Positions 62,938 through 64,000 of a stretch of DNA of 64,000 bases are shown here, piece after piece. How positions within the stretch are numbered: position 1 is the stretch's first letter; every line of letters starts with the position of its first letter. The notes beneath the pieces were generated by a model. The model made no database searches. It saw only the letters and a list, made by a program, of their open reading frames with translations, and was not told the DNA's origin. Where the stretch lies: NCBI GenBank assembly GCA_963664405.1, contig OY761158.1, positions 3,552,001 to 3,616,000 of the forward strand. The letters run 5' to 3'. Source of the stretch: Thermoanaerobaculia bacterium (GTDB lineage Bacteria; Acidobacteriota; Thermoanaerobaculia; Multivoradales; Multivoraceae). A program made the position numbers and the translations under genes.

Positions 62938-64000
62938 TGGGTGGACTTCTCGAAGGGGTGCGAGAGGCGCTCGGCGACACTCTCTTCTTCTATGCGTTCT
63001 CGCCGCTGGTGAAGATCGTGGTGGTGATGTTCATTCTCGTCCTGCCCTTGGTGACGGCGATGATCCTGATCGAGCGCAAGCTGCTCGGCTTCATGCAGTT
63101 TCGCACCGGCCCCAACCGAGTTGGGCCCTGGGGGCTGCTACAACCCTTTGCCGACGTGATCAAGCTGCTCGGGAAGGAAGACGTCATCCCGAGAGAGGCC
63201 GTCAAATGGGCTTTTCTGCTCGCTCCGTGTCTGGTCGTCGGGCCGATGTTCGTCATCTTTGCGGTCATTCCCTTCGGCCCGCCCGGCGAAGGAGAGAGTC
63301 TCAATTTCTTCATCACCGATCTGAATGTAGCGGCGCTCTTCATTCTGGCGATGGCCACCTTGGGGGTGTACGGCATCATCATCGCTGGCTGGGCCTCCAA
63401 CTCGAAGTTCTCACTGATGGGTGGACTTCGCGCGGCGGCACAGATGGTCTCCTACGAGGTCCCTCAGGGCCTGAGTGTGGTCGGCCCTCTGATCCTTGCC
63501 GGCTCGATGTCGATGGTGGACATCGTCGAGGCGCAGAGGGAGGCTCAGATATGGTTCATCTTCCCGCAGTTCCTGGCCTTCTTCGTCTATCTGGTGGCCG
63601 GAGTGGCGGAGACCAACCGTAATCCCTTCGATCTTCCCGAAGCCGAGACCGAGCTTGTCGCCGGCTTCCACACCGAGTACACCGGCATGCGCTTCGCGCT
63701 GTTCTTCCTCGGTGAGTACGGCAATATGGTGGTCATCTCGGCAGTCGCCAGCATCCTCTTTCTGGGGGGCTGGATGAGGCCTTTCCCGAACGTCGAGGCT
63801 CTCGCCTTTCTCGACGGGGCATGGCTGGGTCCGCTGGCGATGTTTGTGCCTCTGCTCTGGTTCTTCGTCAAGATCATGATCTTCATGCTGATCTATGTTT
63901 GGTTCCGCGGCACCTTTCCGCGCTACCGCTTCGATCAGCTGATGGCGCTGGGGTGGAAGTGGCTTCTTCCGCTCGCCCTCCTCAACATTTTCCTAACCGG
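62937..64000 (+). CDS. nuoH: NADH-quinone oxidoreductase subunit H (truncated by window edge; missing from the ORF track)
   Basis: ATG overlaps the nuoD stop; ERK...Q.R.GPNRVGPWGLLQP.AD..KL, AETNRNPFDLPEAE.ELVAGF..EY, PRYRFDQLM. Confidence 0.96.
   Translation, partial: MGGLLEGVREALGDTLFFYAFSPLVKIVVVMFILVLPLVTAMILIERKLLGFMQFRTGPNRVGPWGLLQPFADVIKLLGKEDVIPREAVKWAFLLAPCLVVGPMFVIFAVIPFGPPGEGESLNFFITDLNVAALFILAMATLGVYGIIIAGWASNSKFSLMGGLRAAAQMVSYEVPQGLSVVGPLILAGSMSMVDIVEAQREAQIWFIFPQFLAFFVYLVAGVAETNRNPFDLPEAETELVAGFHTEYTGMRFALFFLGEYGNMVVISAVASILFLGGWMRPFPNVEALAFLDGAWLGPLAMFVPLLWFFVKIMIFMLIYVWFRGTFPRYRFDQLMALGWKWLLPLALLNIFLT

Overview
A GC-rich bacterial chromosome window, probably from an Acidobacteriota member (Thermoanaerobaculia-like; inferred from gene content and 16S appearance, not from a search). 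Core content: a type II secretion/pseudopilin cluster tail, dut, algH, acnA-queE-gltA, fur, a dprA-trmFO-xerC-hslV-hslU-lipoprotein-dapF run, a TPR/hypothetical/peptidase-propeller-Omp85 cluster, purSQLFMN, a complete rRNA operon (16S, tRNA-Ile, tRNA-Ala, 23S, 5S), pilB, a decayed LPS heptose locus, and a MidA-family methyltransferase followed by nuoA-B-C-D-H with no nuoEFG in between. The best candidate for an undescribed system lies just downstream of the rRNA operon (34.4-41.6 kb). It is a partner-switching set (sensor PP2C phosphatase, RsbW-type kinase, STAS protein) with no sigma factor nearby, flanked by an NCS2-family transporter that carries a degenerate RsbW-like C-terminal domain and by a SulP-STAS-cNMP transporter. 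A second candidate is an operon pairing a receptor-topology pseudokinase with an intact soluble Ser/Thr kinase-TPR protein (52.4-58.9 kb). There is also a 165-bp CTAG-bounded hairpin MITE with two isolated end remnants elsewhere, and several deletion or frameshift scars. All calls come from reading motifs by eye; no searches were run.
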